A stretch of 64,000 nt of DNA, from assembly GCF_032062105.1 (NCBI RefSeq), contig NW_026933693.1, positions 248,001 to 312,000 of the forward strand. Reading direction: 5' to 3'. This document shows positions 59,655 through 64,000 of this stretch, piece by piece. The position numbers were made by a program, and so were the translations under genes. Numbering within the stretch: position 1 is the stretch's first letter; each line of letters begins with the position of its first letter. Below the pieces are notes generated by a model that saw only the letters and a program-made list of their open reading frames with translations, was not told the origin of the DNA and did not search any database. The stretch is from Saccostrea cucullata (lineage: Eukaryota).

Positions 59655-61920
59655 CAGGTGACTCTCATTGGCTCGAACTCCGATCTCTTGAAGTTCTCAA
59701 TCTCTCGAAGTGAACCTCTGGTCCCGTTTTCTTTTTTCTTTATATAACTAAGCAAATTTACTCCTGATCTCTCGAACTTCTATCTCTCCCAAGTTCTCAA
59801 TCTTGAGAACTAAGACCTGAGCCCTGTTACACACATTTCATTGTTTTTCACCCTAGAGCTATCTCTCAAAGTTCAGATTGCGCGTGCATACATGCCAATC
59901 AAGCCTAAAATTAATGCAGCTTGAACTTACCTAGATAACAGTGAATGCCTGGGGCTGGCATGGAGGTGTTTATTGGGTGTTTACATAGGTGGTGGCTGCA
60001 TTTCATTTCCAGAATTTTTGGTAATTATCAACTTTTCATTTCCGAACATTTTTTAGTTTTCATTTCCAACATTTTTATGCCCCCCTTCGAAGAAGGGAGG
60101 GCATATTGCTTTGCTGCTGTCCGTCGGTCTGTCGGTCGGTCGGTCTGTCGGTCCATTTAGTTTCTGTTCATTTTCTTTACAACCGCTGCATATACTGAAA
60201 TGAAATTTGGTATACAGGTTTATCAGGTAAATATCTAGGTCAAGTTCTGTTTTGGGTACGATCACACCATTTTTGACAGAGTTATGCCCCTTGGACTTAG
60301 AAAAATTCCATTTATTTGCAGTTTCCGTTCATTTTCTTTGCAGAGGTTGCACATATTGAAATGAAATTTAGTATACAGATGTTTCAGCTGAATATCTAGG
60401 TCGAGTTCTGTTTTGGGTTTGATCGCACCTTTTTTGATAGAGTTATGCCCCTTGGACTTAGAAAAATTCCACTTATTTGCCGTTTCCATTCATTTTCTTT
60501 GCAGAGGTTGCACATATTCAAATGAAATTTAGTATACGGATGTTTCAGCTGAATATCTAGGACAAGTTCTGTTTTGGGTTCGATTACAACCTTTTTGTCA
60601 GAGTTATGCCCCTTTGACTTAGAAAAATTCCAATTATTTGCAGTTTCCGTTCATTTTCTTTGCAGAGGTTGCACATAATGAAATAAAATTTAGTATACAG
60701 ATTTTTCAGCTGAATATCTATAAAGTCAAGTTTTGTTTTGGGTACGATTGCACCATTTTAGACAGAGTTATGCACTTTTGGACTTAGGAAAAATCCAATT
60801 TAGGGGGAGGGGGGCATAAGTGTTTTACAAACATCTCTTGTTTGTTTTCAATTCCTACATTTTTCAAATACATATGTAGTACGTATAGTAACAGATTAGG
60901 TAACTTTTCTTATGAAAAATTTAAAGGAATAAATCATAAATAAATCATTGAAATCTAATTTTGTAAATCTATCAGTGACTTGGACATAAGTATGGCACTG
61001 TCACTGACATTTAATTAAGTGCACATTAAATGTGGTGGAAAAGTTTTATGCATTACCTAGACTAAGTGCTATATGAATGCATATATGTATAGATATTTTT
61101 TTAAAATTTTATTTATTAATATTTTGGTATAAATACTTTTAAAACTCCATTTTCTTTTACTTAGAGAACATTAAATTGCCGCACAGGAAAAGTCTGGAAA
61201 TGAAAAAAAAATTATGTCGAAAATGAAAACAAAAAATGTCGGAAATGAAATTAAAAAAAATGTCGGAAATGCTATGCATATTTCCGGAAATGAAATGCAT
61301 TGAGATGGCACTACACCTGTGGGTTGTCCATGTGTAGATATAATTAATTGGTTATAATTAAAAGTTTGTAAATTGTAAACGAATCGCTTCACAACTTATT
61401 TTGACATGAAACCAGGACGATAATTTTTAGAAAATAATTTGAAAACGTACATTTCATTAAGTTCCCATAGACAGTGAACTTTTAATACAGTGTACATAAT
61501 CCCATTATGTCAAACATTGCACAGGAAATTTTTTCTCAAGGATTGAATACTGATTGCGAGAAATCTGGTGAAATTTGGGGATAGCCAAACAGACAATTGC
61601 TATTTACATGATTTAGGTTTCATGTAATCATAAAATAAGTTAATAAGAACAAATAAACATTGAACCTTTAGGAAGTCAATTTATTTATACAAAATAAGAT
61701 CATTGTTGTTTATTTCAAGTAAATTAATTACCTGTAAAATACGATTGAAAACGTGCAATGACTTTATTAACATATACTTCCGGTATCTATAATAGTAGAT
61801 CATTGATGATCAGAACTGAAAATTCCTGATTTTATTTACTTCCTATCTCTTGAAACCCTCGATCTCTCGAACTTTTCTTGCGGTACGTCCCTTGAACTTT
61901 GAGAGATTGAGAGTCACCTG
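59655..61920. mobile_element. Non-autonomous TIR DNA element (Tc1/pogo-like) hosting a nested HINE
   Basis: ta|caggtgactctca ... tgagagtcacctg|ca, with subterminal tctcgaa repeats at both ends. Confidence 0.65.
60072..60842 (+). mobile_element. HINE-type element with four ~161-bp tandem units
   Basis: 5' ttttatgccccccttcgaagaagggagggcat, a (gtcg)n tract, units aagttctgttttggg...gagttatgccccttggacttag, and 3' ggggcataagtgttttacaaacatctcttgtt. Confidence 0.85.
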
Positions 61921-62034
61921 CATAGTGCAAACTGTTTTGCTTTAAAAATGACAGTTGAATTGTGGCACCTAATCAGAAAAATAATGTAAATATAAGAAAT
62001 GAGTATAATTTTCGAAAATTCATGAGATAGATAA

Positions 62035-62101
62035 ACTACGACGCTTCATGCTGGCATATTTATCATGAAGTGTTAAATCTGCCAGCATGAAGCATTGTAG
62101 T
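62035..62101. repeat. Imperfect hairpin
   Basis: actacgacgcttcatgctggcatattta / taaatctgccagcatgaagcattgtagt. Confidence 0.75.
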
Positions 62102-62669
62102 TCATGTCCGCATGAATCTTCAACTTAAATGTTTTCCTTTATATAACACTTTTAAAAGCAATGGGTAACTATATCTGTATGAATACAGGTTCCTCACGTC
62201 ATAAATGTATATAAATTTCTCAGTGACGTCATAAAGGGTCGACAGCATTATGGAATTTGATCTCATGACCAACCTGTATTTATATCCGATAGATGTTTTA
62301 AAATGATACTTATTTCATAAATAATTAAAATTTTCAACTTTAAACTGATCTGAATACAATTTATGAAAAATTCATTCTTTAAAGAGCTGTCTCTTTTAGT
62401 AATTATGTTCATATGCAGTGCAATTGCAGTCAAAGTTTTAAAAATTTTTGGGCTATACAGTGCATAATTTTGTAGACACCATCTTGGTAGTTGCATCATG
62501 CACTCCCAAAAAATGATTTTCATAGTACAGTTCCACTTAAGATAAAATTTTCTATAAATAAGTCCAAATTTAATTTTGAAGACTGCAATATTTCTGGTGT
62601 TTTAGCAATATAGTTAATAAAACCATTGCTAAAAATGATTTATTACACACTTAGTAATAAATTCAGGAT

Positions 62670-63336
62670 TTTTAGCTCTTCTGAGCCAAATTAAGGCTCA
62701 AAGAGCTAATGCTATGGCCATTTGTGTGTCGTGCGGTGTGCAGTTTGCATTAACTTTTTAGATTATGGGACATAACTCAAGAACCCCTTGGTCAATCATG
62801 ATGAAATTTATCATGGGGTATTCTTGGCCCAAGGGCTACCATTTGTACAAAAACTTGGGGTGGGACCCTATTACAAGGGGAGATAATCAGGAAAACAAAA
62901 CCAGAAGTACTGGTTGCTAAAAAATCTTCTTCTCCAGAACCACCAGCCAGATTTTCACCAAACTTACATACAAGGGTCAAGATATGTTGAAGATTAAAAA
63001 TTGTTCAAGGCATGACCCTGAGGCAAAGGGCGTGGTCTCAAGGTCACTTCAAAGTTGAACAAAATTTACACTTAATAAAAACGTTTATATTTTGCTTACT
63101 ATAAAGACTAGGATCATCAAATCTTGTAATTTGATGCATCTTAGGACTTCACATTATGTTAAAACAAAAGTAGGTCATGGTGACCTACTTTTTAAATTTA
63201 ACGGGCTTTCATTTACAAATTGATTTTAAGGCATATTTTGGACACTTGAAGGCCTACGATCCTTAAACTTTGTCAGTTGATGCATCTTGGAACCTAGAAC
63301 AACGTCAACTTAAAAGTAGGTCACCGTGACCTACTT
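62670..63336 (+). mobile_element. HINE-type element (5' part), interrupted by a nested HINE
   Basis: 5' ttttagctcttctgagcc..ggctcaaagagcta, followed by repeats with aaagtaggtca..tgacctacttt hairpins. Confidence 0.65.
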
Positions 63337-63511
63337 TTTAGCTCACCTGAGCCAAAGGCTCAGTGAGCTTTTCTGATCACAATTTGTCCGTTTTCTGTCG
63401 TCGTCGTTGTTGTCGTCGTAGTCGTCGTTGTAAACTTTTCACATTTTTGATTACTTCTCAAAAATTGCTGGGCCAATTTCAACCAAACTTGCCACAAAGC
63501 ATCCTTGGGTT

Positions 63512-63544
<33 letters not shown>

Positions 63545-64000
63545 TACCCTCATTCAAGGGGAGATAATTGGGAATTAATGAAAATTTAGTGGTATCTTTT
63601 AAAAAATCTTCTTCTCAAGAACCACTGTGCCAGGAAAGATGAAACTTACAGGGAAACATCCTCAGGTAGTGTAAATTCAGATTTGTTCAATTTATGACCC
63701 CCAGGGGTAGGGCGGGGCCACAATGGCCGATCAAAGTTTTACATAGAAATATATAGGTAAATTCTTTAAAAATCTTCTCAAGAATAGCAAAGCCATAATT
63801 GATCATATTTATATGGAAGCATCCTCAGGTAGTGTAGATTCAAGTTTGTTCAAATCATGACCCCCAGAGGTAGGGCGGGGTCACAATGGCCGACCAAAGT
63901 TTTACATAGACATATAACGGAAAATTCTTTAAAAATCTTCTTCTCAAGAATAACAAAGCCATAATTGATCATATTTAATGGAAGCATCCTCAGGTTGTGT
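63336..64000 (+). mobile_element. HINE with ~166-bp satellite (family of 1705-2488), running off the window end
   Basis: ttttagctcacctgagccaaaggctcagtgagcttttctgatc, a (gtc)n tract, and satellite units. Confidence 0.88.

Overview
This is AT-rich, intron-rich eukaryotic DNA. The repeat families suggest a bivalve, probably an oyster (Ostreidae); that assignment is an inference. By following GT-AG junctions and reading frames by hand I reconstructed six complete spliced genes: NDUFB4 (-), an Aa_trans-family amino-acid transporter (+), a secreted 8-domain Kazal protease inhibitor (-), an SH3BGR-family gene (-), lebercilin/LCA5 (+) and GET1/WRB (-). There is also a probable first exon of a seventh gene divergent from GET1. 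The rest is non-autonomous Helitron/Helentron-type elements carrying satellite arrays, TIR MITEs (TA, TTAA, 5-bp and 6-bp target duplications), hairpins and minisatellites. Three things stand out. (1) The SH3BGR acidic tail is encoded by 11 frame-preserving phase-0 microexons of 24-48 nt, many with Rbfox-type GCATG motifs just downstream of the donor, plus alternative stop-containing exons. (2) The SH3BGR<-->LCA5-><-GET1 trio matches human chr21q22 (GET1, LCA5L, SH3BGR) in order and orientation. (3) Several intronic tandem repeats are copies of the adjacent exon/5' splice-site junction, and one forms an in-frame candidate new microexon. No database search or RNA evidence was available, so all gene models are manual predictions.
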